Shown: positions 1 through 13,676 of the stretch, one piece after another | Position numbering within the stretch: position 1 is the first letter of the stretch | Layout: each line of letters opens with the position of its first letter | NCBI RefSeq assembly: GCF_001194135.2 | Contig: NC_068982.1 | Location: 90,460,832-90,524,831, forward strand | Reading direction: 5' to 3' | Length of the DNA: 64,000 bases | Source of the DNA: Octopus bimaculoides | Lineage: Eukaryota | The notes under the pieces: model-generated | Told to the model about the DNA's origin: nothing | Databases searched by the model: none | What the model saw: the letters and a program-made list of their open reading frames with translations, nothing else | Program-made: the position numbers and the translations under genes

Positions 1-147
1 TAACAAAAAATATATATATATTTAAAAATCCCTGTGAGAACCGGCTGTAGGAAAATCAACTGAAGTAGAATTAACAGACGTTATTGCCAGGAAATTGGTA
101 TCAGAAAATCCGGGAGATAGAATGTGCTGACGCAACACTAATAATAA

Positions 148-159
148 TAATAATAATTA

Positions 160-237
<78 letters not shown>

Positions 238-266
238 TGATGATAATAATAATGATGATGATAATG

Positions 267-349
<83 letters not shown>
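148..349. repeat. (AAT)n/(GAT)n compound microsatellite
   Basis: Read directly from the sequence. Confidence 0.97.
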
Positions 350-1429
350 TGGAGGAAATTACATATTCACAAATTAAAGTTTTGCAGCAAGTTAATCAAT
401 TATCAATATGTATTTTGAAATATCAGAAGGCTTGCTCTACCATCAAGTCATTTATAATGCTTGCTTTTCTGCTATCCATATGAGATTCAGATGAATTCAC
501 TTATTACACACACACACACACAAATCTATTATTTATTCCGAATCATAAGGATCCATGAGTTAATGTATATTTTAGATTCTTCTAGTGTTAAATGAATAAA
601 GGTATGTAACATTGCAATAACATATATCACATTGCAATATATAATTCTGTTGAATCTACTTACCATAGTCATGACCCAAAATAGCAATTTTGATGAGGCT
701 TCCTTTATTTGACATGCACGGATTGACCAGTTATATGTAGTATATTCGACGTCCCACCGTAATCTATTATGGGGTAATGTCAGATACACTTCACAGGTAT
801 TAAACCTCCAAATTGTCTAGTTCTTCGTCCGTAACACCACATGACCAAGGATGATTTTTATCTGGCTAGTCATTTAGTAATTTCTCAGTTTGCTTCACTA
901 GGTTAGTAATGCTTCCTTTGTTGCAACAACCGGTCGAAGAACGACCGTTTTTAAATATTTTAGAGTCTCTGAGATTGATGGATGGCATCTTTAAAGCAGA
1001 GACCTCTTACAATGCTTGCATCAGACTGGACTCCACCATAGATTAGATGGTTGTTAAAATGGACAACAGATTTTCTTAAATTTTCAAGGAAAAATATATA
1101 ATCCCCCAGCGAATATTTCATTACAAGTCATCATCTTGTCGATTATAAACTATTCTTTAAGTGCAAGAAAGAGAAAGAGAGGAAGGAAAATTGAATCAAG
1201 TACATGACTAGTACTTTATCTATCAACATCTACAGTCATTTTGAGGATATCATTGACTTTGTGACATCAAGCTTGACTAATATCAGCTAATCATTGGATT
1301 GATAGCAAACGTCGCTTGATATTTTAAACTGTACAGTAAACAACATTGAACCACACAACTTCCACGAGTATGTGTAGCAGTCAGCTAGGACCCGTAACAT
1401 CACTCCAATTGTCGGTCGTCCAACTGCTG

Positions 1430-1930
1430 AGGAATTCTCTTGGCAAAAGCGCAGCCCTAACAATAGTTTGACCTGCTTCCAAGCTACTGGCCCTTCTCTT
1501 CAGAGCTATAAGACACTTGAACTCCCTACACTCATTGATATTCTAAAAAGCCCAGATGAAAAACAAAATATAATATTGCTCTTACATCTGGAACAATGTT
1601 TCTGCTGCACATGGATATCCTAGACCACGTTCAGAAAAGGGACACCTGACTGATTAGCACAAACTCACTCACAGAGATGCTGTAACCTTTGGCTCATAGA
1701 CGTGTTGTCACCTCTCTGCATTTTTTCTACCGCAACTATAACTGTCTGTACTCCCTGGATCTGGCTGGATTCCTCCAAACTTCATTCAATCGTTTCTCCC
1801 CCTCCCATCATTTTTTGAGTTTGTCTTTGCAGACCTCAACTAAGCACTAGACACAGCTATGCCTTCCCAGAACATCGATTCACTGAAATACACTGTTCAT
1901 CGCGCCCCTGCAAGAATTGATTTACAACGA
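1430..1930 (+). mobile_element. CR1/L2-group LINE 3' RT fragment, decayed
   Basis: Frame pieces ASKLLALLFRAIRHL, YCSYIWN, LDHVQKR and PLAHRRVVTSLHFFYRNY match the CR1/L2 C-terminal motifs (LDRVQKRA...PLxHRRxVASLxLFYRYY). Confidence 0.7.
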
Positions 1931-2886
1931 CTCAAAAGTAACAGTAACAAAATTATTCTCACGTCTAGGAAGACATAAAAGACACTGGGCATTTCTCCTT
2001 CTCCATATTCAATTTCTTTTTTAAATGTCAACAGGACAGTATTCCATCAAAATAAGGGTCAATGTTCCATTGAATTAATGTTTACCAACAAATTATTCCA
2101 TGTTCCAGTCTCACATCGCCTTTCTACTATGAGAGCCGAATCTAGCGACAAAGTATTGTATCATCTCATACGACATTGTTTTCTTCTTTCCAGCACTCCT
2201 TCAAAGCAATCGCTCCGATACTAATATCATGTGGTACAATATCGAGTATAGTACTAGTGCAGTACTATCATACTAATTACCTTTCTCATATATTTGCCTA
2301 TATGGCAATTGTTCAATAATCAAACAAAATTGATAGTCATCTGCCGATACCAGTAATTATACTGAGATCAATTCAACTGATAATAATTTTCACCATGAAT
2401 AATGGATTTGTTGTGTCGTTACACAGAATCACAATAATGCAATGTATGATCTAACACGAGAGCAGGTCCAGTGAGCGCCGAATTAAACATGATGAAGTAT
2501 TCAGTTTCCTCTCTTTTTCTGCTTAGTGTTCAAATTCGGCCAGAGTAAATTTTGCTGTTTCAACCATCCAAGACAGATTCAATAAGTGGCAGTATAGTAT
2601 ATTACATAATCAATTCATTTTACTATATTCATGGTCCGTAATTAAGTATTGCATCTAATTACAAAGCAATCAATATCAATCTGATATTAAGTGCTAGCTC
2701 TAGCTTTTATCAGATAATATAATACACGCAGTTACTAATAAAAGTATACGTGTCTTAATTTCCCCGTTAGTTGCTGACCAAAGTTTAAATAGATCAGATA
2801 GTCCAATCTTTACGTGTGTTATCCTGCCCAATGAATGTTACTTTTCTAAAGTATTTTATTTATGATCAATACTAATTTGACATCAA

Positions 2887-3106
2887 GGTAGTGAGCTGGC
2901 AGAATCGTTAGCACACCGGGCAAAAATCTTTGCAGCATTTCATCCGTTTTTACGATTTATGTTCAAATTCCCTCGAGGTCGACTTCGCCTTTCATCTTTT
3001 CAGGGTCGATAAAATGTCTACCCGTTGAGCACTGGGGCTGAAGTAATCGACTTAACCTCTTTCTCGATATTTCTGGCCTTGTACGAAAGTTTGAAATCAA
3101 TATTAG
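2887..3106 (+). mobile_element. tRNA-derived SINE family A (GGCGAGCTGGCAGAATC head; GCCTTTCATCC...GGTCGATAAAATAAGTACC core)
   Basis: A-box-like head, GTTCAAATTCC B box and a conserved central block resembling the Meta-SINE domain (by recall). Multiple copies in the window. Confidence 0.8.
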
Positions 3107-4420
3107 TTCTCTTCTGAATTATTTTGATTAAGACCAATACTAATTTGACATTGATATTTAAATTGATATTTGCACAGTTAAATGCTTTCATTTCTTTGTT
3201 GCGTGATGTTCCCTTCTCACATACTTTAACGAGCAGCAGAAATAACAAACTACTTACTTTTCCGGTGATTAATTTCCCTTTGTAATTTAAGTTCAATCCC
3301 TACTGTTGGTGGTTTTGTTTTTTTAATTTTCGAATATCGGTAAACTAAATACCGATAATGTAGTGGAACTAATTTAGCCAACTATAACCCTTGCTTATAA
3401 TTAGGTGTTTTTCCTAATTGCAAAAGAATCCATATTAATCCGATATTAATAGTATTTGATATTTCATAAATGCTCAAAAAATTTAAACATATTAAATAGA
3501 ATTCTTTACGTTACGATATTCAATTTCAGTTCTTAGTGGAAATATCGAAAATTTGTAAAAATTTTTCACATAATTATAATAAAAGAAAATATTGGAATTT
3601 GACGGACATTATTTTTCGGTTACACTGTTTCTATGTTAGAAATGGTATTGGTATTCTTAGATTGAAATCATTCTCATATACTTGTTGTTGCCAGTGTTGG
3701 TTGTGTTCTGTTTTACTTCTTATTTCAAAATAATTTCCCTATAATTGCTAATTGTATTTCGATGTCTTATACTTTGAGATATACGCATTTAGATGTTCCA
3801 TTTTGTCATTCTTATACACACACAAACACACACACACAAACACACACACACACACGCACACATGCGAACGCACACACGGACATACACACACAAACCCACA
3901 CATGCACACAAGTATCATATCATATTTACGGGACAATGCTTCACCATTTAACGTTACATGCCATGGTAAATTAGCAATTTATATGCAGCACCTTGTATTT
4001 TTAATGAGAAACGTTTTACGCTTTTGAAGATGTCACAGACAATAGAAAGCTTGGCTGTATGCATTTCTCTATTTAGTTACATGTCTCTCAGTTCCAAGTT
4101 CAAATCTCGCTGTTATCGATTTCAATTTACATCCTAGAGGGACATTAACATAAGTCATAATCAATTCAATAGATTCAAAACCCTGTAACCACTAATGTTT
4201 AATTAAAAATAATTGGTTATAATTAGTAAAATGGCGTCACATTCTAGAACTATATCATTCTATGTAAGAACGTGGGAAAATGAATGTCTTTAGCTGAGAC
4301 GATTTTGGAATTTTGTTTCCTTGTGGAATACCCATGCTACAACAATACATGAAATTTCTACTTCCCTGTAAATCTTAAATCATATTTTCATGTTTCCCTT
4401 TAAAGTGCGTCATGACATAA

Positions 4421-4670
4421 TTAACCCTTTACTCGAGTTAACTTGTCTTCACCCAATTTGTCTTTTTCAGTGCGCGACGAGTGAACTCGTCCAAAACATA
4501 TAATTTCAAAACCAGCCACAGACGAGTTCATACGTCAATTCTCGGTTCTTATTTTTTTTCTTTCAAATTTATTTATCTTTTTGTTTTTACAACTTACGCC
4601 CAGATATCGAGCTCAGAAGATGACGATGAGTATGAACTTTCTGTTAGAAGCTTGGATATATGAGATGAGA
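4421..4670 (+). mobile_element. Possible piggyBac-like transposon left end
   Basis: TTAA|CCCTTT start, a subterminal palindrome GACGAG-TGAA-CTCGTC (4476-4491) with a degenerate second copy at about 4521, then an acidic reading ISSSEDDDEYEL. No right end was found. Confidence 0.35.
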
Positions 4671-4706
4671 GTGCAAGCTCGTCTGATAATGGCTATTATC
4701 TCTAAC

Positions 4707-5070
4707 CTTTACGTTCTGAGTTTATATTCCGCCGAGGTCGACTTTACTTTTCATCCACTTCGTGGTCAATAAAATAAGTACCGGCTGAGCACTGGGGTCG
4801 ATGTAATCGATTTCCCGCTCCCCTGAACCTGCTAGTCTTGAATTAAAATTTTCAACCAATATTTCTACTTCCTTCCTAATGTGGCACGCTGGCAGAATCA
4901 GTCTTTATGTTCTGAGCTCAAATTTCACCAAGGTCGTCTTTGCCGTTCATCCTTCCAGGTTTGGTAAAGTAAATACAAGTTGAGCGTTGGGTTCGATCAA
5001 ATTGACTATCCCCCACTCACCCCACAAACTTTCAGGTCTTGCGCCAAATTTTGAAACTACTATTTTTACT
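4707..5070 (+). mobile_element. Two tandem SINE family A copies (4707-4866 and 4881-5066)
   Basis: Both contain GTTCTGAG..CAAAT..GAGGTCG.CTTT..C.TTCATCC..GGT...AAA.TAA.TAC..GAGC..TGGG.TCGAT. Confidence 0.8.
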
Positions 5071-8000
5071 TCCTTCTGAGTTCACCCAAACGTTTCAATA
5101 AGACAAAGGCATCTAGTTCTGCAACTATCAACTTTCTAATGTGGTTGATGTAGAAATATGGATCCAGACTCAGAATATGTTGCTAAGGAAACACTTCAAC
5201 GATTAGTGATTTAAACCAGCAACACCTACTGACAACTGGTTGGACTGGATTATCAATAATTAATGAAATACTTAAACCATAAACACTATGTAATATTAGT
5301 TAGAGCTCTTGATCTGTAACTTTGCTCGAGTGATTTTCAAATTTGAACTTTGAAGTTTTGTCCCCTTGGTGTGTAGAGTCCCAATTTAATAACGAAGTAT
5401 TGCCATAGTTGCCAGATACTGCCAATGTTGACTCTATCTCAAGCTCATTAAAACTTAAGTTCCACTATCCATAGAAATCAATTTAAATTTATATTACATT
5501 TTCTATACAAAATACTTGTGTTTCATTAAAACATTTCAAATTGAATCCTTGAATCTGTTCAACTCACAGTTTGAACACTTTTGTTTCAATATGAAATGCA
5601 TTATTTTCACAACTTCCTATCCTCCTCCCAAAATGCCACAAATCGTAGTTTAATGTAGTTTTATTAGGACGGTAACGGTAAGGGTGGTCAATTCGGTAAA
5701 CTGGTATTTAATTCCCTCTTTACATTCTACGTTCTAATCGTACTATGACGAAAAAATAAGTAACACTTAGAATTGATTTATAACCAATGCGGGTTAACTA
5801 TCATCTCGGAGACATTGTTTGCGTTAGCATCCAGGCTCGCTTTTCTAATCCTTCTATATCCGCTTCGGTCATCCTTTTTTCTTTTGTACCATCTGATCGA
5901 TGAACAACAGACAGTAACGTCTTTCACAGATGCTATAAGGTAGTCATGGTATTTCTATGACCAAATACAAAGTATTTACCTGTTATGTTCCTTTGCATAT
6001 ATTTTCTAGAGCACCATCTTGGCTAGACACAGACAAATCTGCTCGACCTATCTAGGTAGCCAGGGTGTAAAGAGCTGGAATAGATACAGCAAACCATTTT
6101 CCTAAAGCACTTGCGAGTCTGCCAAATCACCACCTTATACTTACACTTTATTTTAGCAAATCCGAAAGAATGCAAAGTTGAATTCGGTAAAATCATAAAT
6201 CAGTCAATGAAGAATGGGAACTAAAACTGTGAGACATTTTGCTTGATACGTTCATAGTTCTGCCCCATTATAATCTCAAGCTGGAAGAAATACTTAAATA
6301 CAAAACTTGAATTTAAAATATCATACTTTTAGAGATGCCCTTAAAAAGGTCAGAAATTATATAAGACGTTACAAAGAACACAAATCAAAAGAAATATTAC
6401 AATGCTGGACAAAATGTCTTCCCTCTATTCAGTAAATTCTCTTTATATTTTAAATTCAAATTTTGTGAGGATCAACTTTTTTCACCCATCTTGAATGAAT
6501 GATATTCAAAACAGAAGAAAGATAAACATTAAGTCTATAGATGATCTTGATCAACAATATCCAGTTCTCAAATCTTGTGGCGTTGTGCCAATATATAAGA
6601 AATCAATATAGGAATTGCCGATTTGTTTGTGCATTTATACATAAATATATACGCAGTAATAAAATGAGAAAATGAGTATCAGTTTTGCACTGTTATCCAT
6701 AGCATTATAACCAACACCAATGTAAGAAATCTTTACTCAATTTTTGCGCCCAAACGGATCTCATAGAATTATAAAATATCATATTTTAAATTCATATTCT
6801 TCTTGTAATCTTCAATATATTATTAGATTTAGGAGATAAATAATATATTTACTTTTAGCAATTATAGAAACTATGTTATGAGAACACACGGCATGCACAA
6901 TTAAAATCGAAATCATTTTTTCATGGTATTTACTTTATCGGCGAAGTGTATTCCACATGAAGAAAACTTCATTGATTTTATTTTCTAGGTGATCATTCTT
7001 TGTAATATTCAGCTGCTGGAGAAACTAAATCATGTTCGGGCCACATCTATGTACATCCGGAATAGTGTTTCCCCTTCCACATTCACACGCAGACACACTC
7101 TCAGAGTGAGATACATAGTCGTTATCTATTGTTCTCTTTTAAATATGTCTGAAAATGTTATGATGATGGATTGCTTTATGAAAGTACAGAATTGGAGTAA
7201 ATGAAACAGCAATGAAAATTGATAGTGATAAACAAACTTCACTCTGAGATAAATTACTTGTTTATGTAGAAACCACTGAAGCAGGGTACTGCTGAATGTC
7301 TAGAAATATTTATGCGACGCCATAGCTATTCTATGTTCAAGGAAAGACAACTAAATCTTAGTTCGTTTTTAAGAATGCTTTTATCAAAGCTGTTGTATAG
7401 CATATGTGTAGCAGTGCTACTGTGATGATATATCACCTTCAAATGCATGACACATTTCCTATTTATATAAGCACGTTTCTTTAGCTTAGGCATAAAGCCA
7501 GTTCATTTTATTTTTATTTATTTATTTTTTGAACAGTTGAAAGAATGAGTTAAATCAATTTAAAAACTACAGTTTATTACCGGCATTTTATAGATTCTAA
7601 TAAAATAAATGGCAATAACCAAATTAGTTCATGAATTTACAAAGAAATGCGCAGAGAAGATTGAAACAACTTCACTATATAACGGGTGTTAATCTTATTA
7701 AACCCATATAAAAAGAAGGAAAGACATTCCCGCTAACGTTATCCCTCATTTGCCCAATTCACTGCCTTTAAAAGATTTATAATGTAAAAACAATGTCCTT
7801 TGACTTCCTAACATGAAAAAATTAGTTAATCTTTCATAATTTAGGTGCTAACCTCATCACATAAATACATGCCATTATTTAGGATGCAGGGATGCTTGTG
7901 TGGCCAAAATGTTTGTTCATCATGTAGCTCTGCGTTCGATCCATTGAGCGGCATCTTGGGTGAGGGTCTTCTATCATAAATTTAGATCATCATATGACTT

Positions 8001-10021
8001 GTGAAATTAGGTTGGTGGGAACTGTGAGGTAAATATGTTTCGTGGCCAAGATATGTTTAGCAGAGTCCACATTGTTTTAAACATTCACACTTGATCTTCG
8101 GTTTGAATCAGGTGGAAGCATGGTTTTCTTTCTCACTTGCTCTCCACCATTTTCTGAGGACATATAATGGTGTTGACATCATTCCAGCCATGGGAACTAC
8201 ACGTATATTTGTTTCTCATTCACTCATGTTACAGCATCTGGAATGAATTATAGTTCTTATATATGTGAATATTGTAAATGTGAAACTTTAATTAGATATA
8301 TTCGACCAGGGACGAATATTGCTTAGGTATATGAGTAAAATGATAACTTTGCTAGACTATGAGAAATTACATAGGTAACATATTGGTTGTCTGTTTTTGA
8401 GTTTGTAAAAGTACGGAATAGGATTTCGTATGCAAATACTAAAAGATGCGATACTTAAGTATGATACAAGAAGTGACTTTTCTTTATTCATTGGAACAAA
8501 TGCATAGCATTTGTTCCAATGAAAGAACTGAAAGATATCTTGATTAATGTTGGGTAAAGATGTAACCTATATTATAACGTAATTACGGTACTTATATTGC
8601 AATGAAACAATGCTTTAATAATAAATATGTTTAGATAGAGTGAGATCTTAACGCTTAAATCTGAACAACATTGTGATAAGAGCATTCAAACAATAAGGAA
8701 GAAGAAGCATACAGTTTTGTTCTTTATTCTCAGAAGATTAGCTGAGAACTTTGTATGGAATGAAATTTGAACATCATATCCCCTTGTGACAGGCAGATAT
8801 ATGATTACAAGAACGGCTAGGCTTTTGATTCATCGTTGATTTCTTTCTTCTGAAATGTATAACTTTTCCGTCGATTTAGACAGGAATCGTGTAATTCGGG
8901 AAGTAACGCAGTAATTTTAATTTGTAAATGTTTCGCTCAGCAATTCAACTCTTCTTTGTTTCATTTACTTGTTGTCACAACTTACTGGATTTTCAATACA
9001 TGTTTTCCCCCGAGACTTCCTTTTACATTCTTTCCTAATTTTTTTCTATTACTAATTATATTTCAAGATTTTTTGGACTTTTTTTTCTTCTTTTAGTTTT
9101 CGGTAGCTTTGTTTTTATTTTTATGTTTTTGTATTTTCTGTTCAATTATAGATTTCATGGATTTCTGCATGACATGTGATCGGCCGATAACTGCATACTG
9201 CACTCGTATTTCATAACATTTACAGCCTTCTCTGCCAGCTACTGCAGTGCTTCTCTTCAAATATATCTTGTTTCTTTTATTCGGTTTTACCATAGAAAGT
9301 CTTTAAACATACGCCATTCCCGCATGCTTTATAATTTATAGTCATTCCTATCATTTCCGTGGTGGTTTTCTTTAATGAAAATATATGCGCAGTTTTCGAT
9401 CTAATTGCAACCCCACTTAGTTCTTTCTTTAAGATATGTATTATTATCATTTCAATATTCATAGTTCACTGTACAGCCAAATTTCCAAACTTTATGAATT
9501 ATCTGTCAGTATTATCTATGAATGCTTTTTTTATTTCCCTTTTTCTTTTCTTTTAAATTTTTTTCCTTGAGAATTTCTAATCAAATTACTAGTGTATTTT
9601 CATACTTTAGATAGGAAACTGATCTAAGAAGTTAACCAACCAACACTTTATGTAATTTCAATACGGTAATTCAAAGGGCAGGCTTTTAAAACTTTTAAAA
9701 CTCGTAGAAAATGTTGGATGAGATTTTGTCTTTTCAATTCCAATCACTTTAATTCATTTCATTGCGTTCAATGAGACTAAAATTTTGCTTGCAATTTCAT
9801 TTTTAGAGATTCACAAACTTTACACACTCCAATATTATGTTTTAGTCACGTAGACTAGTAGACTAATTAATATAATAGATAAATTATATGGTAGATTGTG
9901 TAGTATGCCGTGCAGCCGGCATTATTGCATTATGTTCGAGACAGATGCAGAAGTGGCCAGGTCCAAGTTGATGATATTAAGGTGCTACAAGAATAGGAAA
10001 AAGTAATGCATTGTCATTAAA

Positions 10022-11051
10022 ATGACAGATCTATCGGACTTTCAAAGAGGTCAAATTGTTGGTGCACATATGGCAGGCGCTAGCGTAACGAAAACAGCCG
10101 GAATGCTTGGTGTATCAAGAAGTACTGTCTCGAAGGTATTGACAACTTTTGTGAAAGAGGGAAATGCCGCCACGTCGAAGCAAAACTCCGGAAGAAAACC
10201 AAAACTTTCAGATAGGGACCGTCGGAATCTTATGTGAATTGTTAGAAGGGATCACAAAAGTACACCTCCCAAAATTACTGCAGAGCTTAATGACCACCTC
10301 GAGAACAGAGTTTCCACAAAAATTGTTCTCCGGGAACTGCACAAATTCAGATTTCACGAGAGGGCTGCAATCAGAAAACGACTACTTTCAAAAACAAACG
10401 TTGCAAACCGTTTAGAGTGGAGTAAAAACCTACAGTATTGGTCCCTAGAGCAGTGGAAGAATGTTATTTTCTCGGGCGATTCATTCATTACCTTACTCCC
10501 GACCACCGGTCGAGTATACGCGTGGAGGCAGCCAAAAGAAGCATTTGACCCAGACTGCCTTCTTCCAGCTGTTAAACATGGAGGAGGATCTGTAATGATC
10601 TGGTGGGCTATATCTTGGAAATCCGCCGGCCCAAAGGTTTCCCTTCATGACAGAATTAATAGTCAAGACTATTTCAGCATTTTATCTGATCAAATTCATC
10701 CTGTGGTTGCGGAACTGTTTCTAGGGAGAAATGCAATCTTTCAGGATGATAATGCACCAATTCACATAGCTAAAGTTGTTACTAAATGGTGCGAGGAACA
10801 TTCTAGTGAAGTTAAACATCTTATCTGGCCACCACAGTCCCCAGATCTCAATATTATTGAACATTTACGGTGCATTTCGAAGAACAAGTAAGGAGTCGAT
10901 ATATCCCCCACCATCATCACTACAAGAACTGGAAACTGTTTTAGATGAAGGATGGACAAAAATTCCTTTGGAAACAATTCAAACTTTGTACGAGTCCATA
11001 CCTCGTAGAATTTAAGCTGTAATTACTGCCAAAGGTGGTCCTACCCCATAT
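10022..11051 (+). mobile_element. Tc1-family transposase pseudogene with DD36E spacing (Incomer-like)
   Basis: Readable across frames: MTDLSDFQRGQIVGAHMAGASVTKTAGMLGVSRSTVS (HTH), GRKPKLS, VKHGGGSVMIW, FQDDNAPIH, WPPQSPDLNIIE, ending GGPTPY at the gap. There are 36 residues between the second D and E. It has a TGA at 10235, frameshifts near 10880-10910, and the first catalytic D reads GGC (10475-10477). TIRs were not identified, and the 3' end runs into N-gap 11052-11153. Confidence 0.92.
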
Positions 11052-13065
11052 NNNNNNNNNNNNNNNNNNNNNNNNNNNNNNNNNNNNNNNNNNNNNNNNN
11101 NNNNNNNNNNNNNNNNNNNNNNNNNNNNNNNNNNNNNNNNNNNNNNNNNNNNNTATATATATACATACATATATATATACATATATACATATACATATGT
11201 GTATGTGGGGGTGTGAACACAAGATTTTCAATGAAAGAACATGTTCTAATACTCCTCGATTTTCCAACCACTACATAATGTTTGATCCTTACATTATAGT
11301 CCAATAAGGTTGCCATCGAACAGATGTTTTTTATTGGGAACATTCGCTTTCTTACTTTATCTTCAAATGTACACTTTATTCTGTTTCCTTATTAATTTGT
11401 TTCATCTTCCGATCTGCATACATGCTGGAGTAACACCTTCAAGCCTTTAGTCAATAATATCGGTCCGAATATTTTGATTCACATTTATTTCATCGATCTT
11501 GTAATAAACGAAATGAAAAGAAACCATTTACACAAGAGAAGATAACTATGCCTGTCATGTATATGGACACGTAGTTCTATTTTAAACATCTTAGCTTTTA
11601 TTTTTGCTGCAGGTTGTTATAGAAGATATTTACCTAAAGTGCATTGCAGTAGAGGCGGCCCCAGTAATTCTTAACCCACAGCCAGACCTGTGCCCCTAAA
11701 TGTTAGGCCTTATAACTATATGTAACAATATTTATATATAATTTGTAAGCTATTGGAGACAAAAGCTACCAACTGGCATGATGCCACCGATATTTTTATT
11801 TATTGGAGATTTTATTCCATTAACTATTTGTTTCATATCCTGTGTTCATATTTTATAACTGTCACAACTAGGTAGTTAACATATTTACTGATTAGTTACG
11901 ACTGTTAACATTACTCGTTAGCAACATCATCTAAAGCTTAACAACTACTGCAAGATAATTTAATGCATTTCCGTCAGCAGTTAAGCAACCAGTTAATGAT
12001 AAGACCCAATCTTGGGTGGTATGGATAGCAATAATATGACATATTGATGAAACATTCGTTTACTGTTGCTATCTTCTTGAACTGACAAATATTAGTTTCC
12101 ACGTCTTCTGCTCTGTAATCGTTTGGTAAACACAACTTGGGTATTTACGAAACATTTGTCTCTTTGATAGTGATATTTAATGCTCGATCTTTACTCCCAG
12201 CTTAACATTAATTGAGAAAATCTCTGGCAAAAGACATTTCAGATGTGATATTCCCTATTTCTTCAGAGTATCTACGATTGCATTACTTAAAATCACACAG
12301 TATTTTTTTGGAGAAAATCATTTGTAAGTTCTAGTAAGCTGGACAACTACGTTCTATCATTCGCTCGTTCATAATAGAGTAAATGACAAATCCATTTTCA
12401 AAAGTATGGAAAGGATGATGCAGAAGCTTATGACAATAAAGTCGAATTACAGATGAGCATATTTATAATTAATCTTTAGAGGAGTAAGAAGGATATACAT
12501 TAACTAGCAGCAAGCTTTGTCATTGCTCTTCACCTATTGATCCTGGAAAAATTCTCCATGATAAGTTAGGATCACTAATAAACAGAAACATTAAGCACGT
12601 CATGAGTAAATGCTAAACAGTTTGTTGATATCGTCAAAAGATAGAATTATAAAATTAATCTCAAAGGGAATATTCCAAGGGCATTCATCTCTCTCCTCCT
12701 TTTCCAGCACGAATGACTTTAATCAACATGCTATTATATACTGAACTTAAATACAAATGCTATGGGAGAACAATCAGTTGTATTTTGTATAGAAATGGAT
12801 TCAAGTGGTATGCTGTAAATCACAAACTACTGGAAACGCTGCAGCAGACAGTACACGGATTTGCTCACGAAATTGATATGCGTGTCAAGTTAGAAAGTTA
12901 CACCAGAATAACTTTAAAGGAGGATGAGGTACATGAATATATCGTAAAAAAGATAAATGAAACACAAATTAGAGAATTATACCAAACATATTTAATATAC
13001 ATCTGTCAAAATTAGCGCATTGGCATAATGTTTAGCGACATTTCTATCAACTCATTGTTTTGATT

Positions 13066-13195
13066 TCCTCCGAGTTCGACTTCGGCCTTCATCCTGTCGG
13101 GATCGATAAATTAACTACCAGTTGATCACTGGGGTCAGTGTAATTGATTAACTCTCTCCCCACCAAAATATCAGGTATTGTACCGATTGTTATTA
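13066..13195 (+). mobile_element. SINE family A, 5'-truncated
   Basis: CCGAGTTCGACTTCGGCCTTCATCCTGTCGGGATCGATAAATTAACTACCAGTTGATCACTGGGGTC. Confidence 0.75.
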
Positions 13196-13464
13196 TTTTA
13201 ACAAAGTTTATTCTTCTGAGTACGTGGGTGTGTCAGCTGTCCACAGCCAGCAGATTACGGTAAGAATTGTTTATTGATCATGCATCAAGGACCCCAATCC
13301 TAATTTTTGTAGCTGTCGCACTCCGTTGTGTTGTCAATTCTTAACTTCACCTAAATCGTCCTAAACACTTGTTCTTTTGCTGCTCATATAAGTGCTTCTG
13401 TGCTTATATTCAGGTTAATCCTCTGCATTGTCAATATTTTCCGTGTCTTCGTATCAAATTATTA

Positions 13465-13676
<212 letters not shown>

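Noticed and set aside
11900-12600. Possible hAT transposase relic (minus CLTADG...)
   Set aside because: Only one short motif echo; no terminal repeats or further catalytic motifs are readable.
12713-13015. 100-aa plus-strand ORF
   Set aside because: No recognisable motif, AT-rich codon content and no consistent splice signals.
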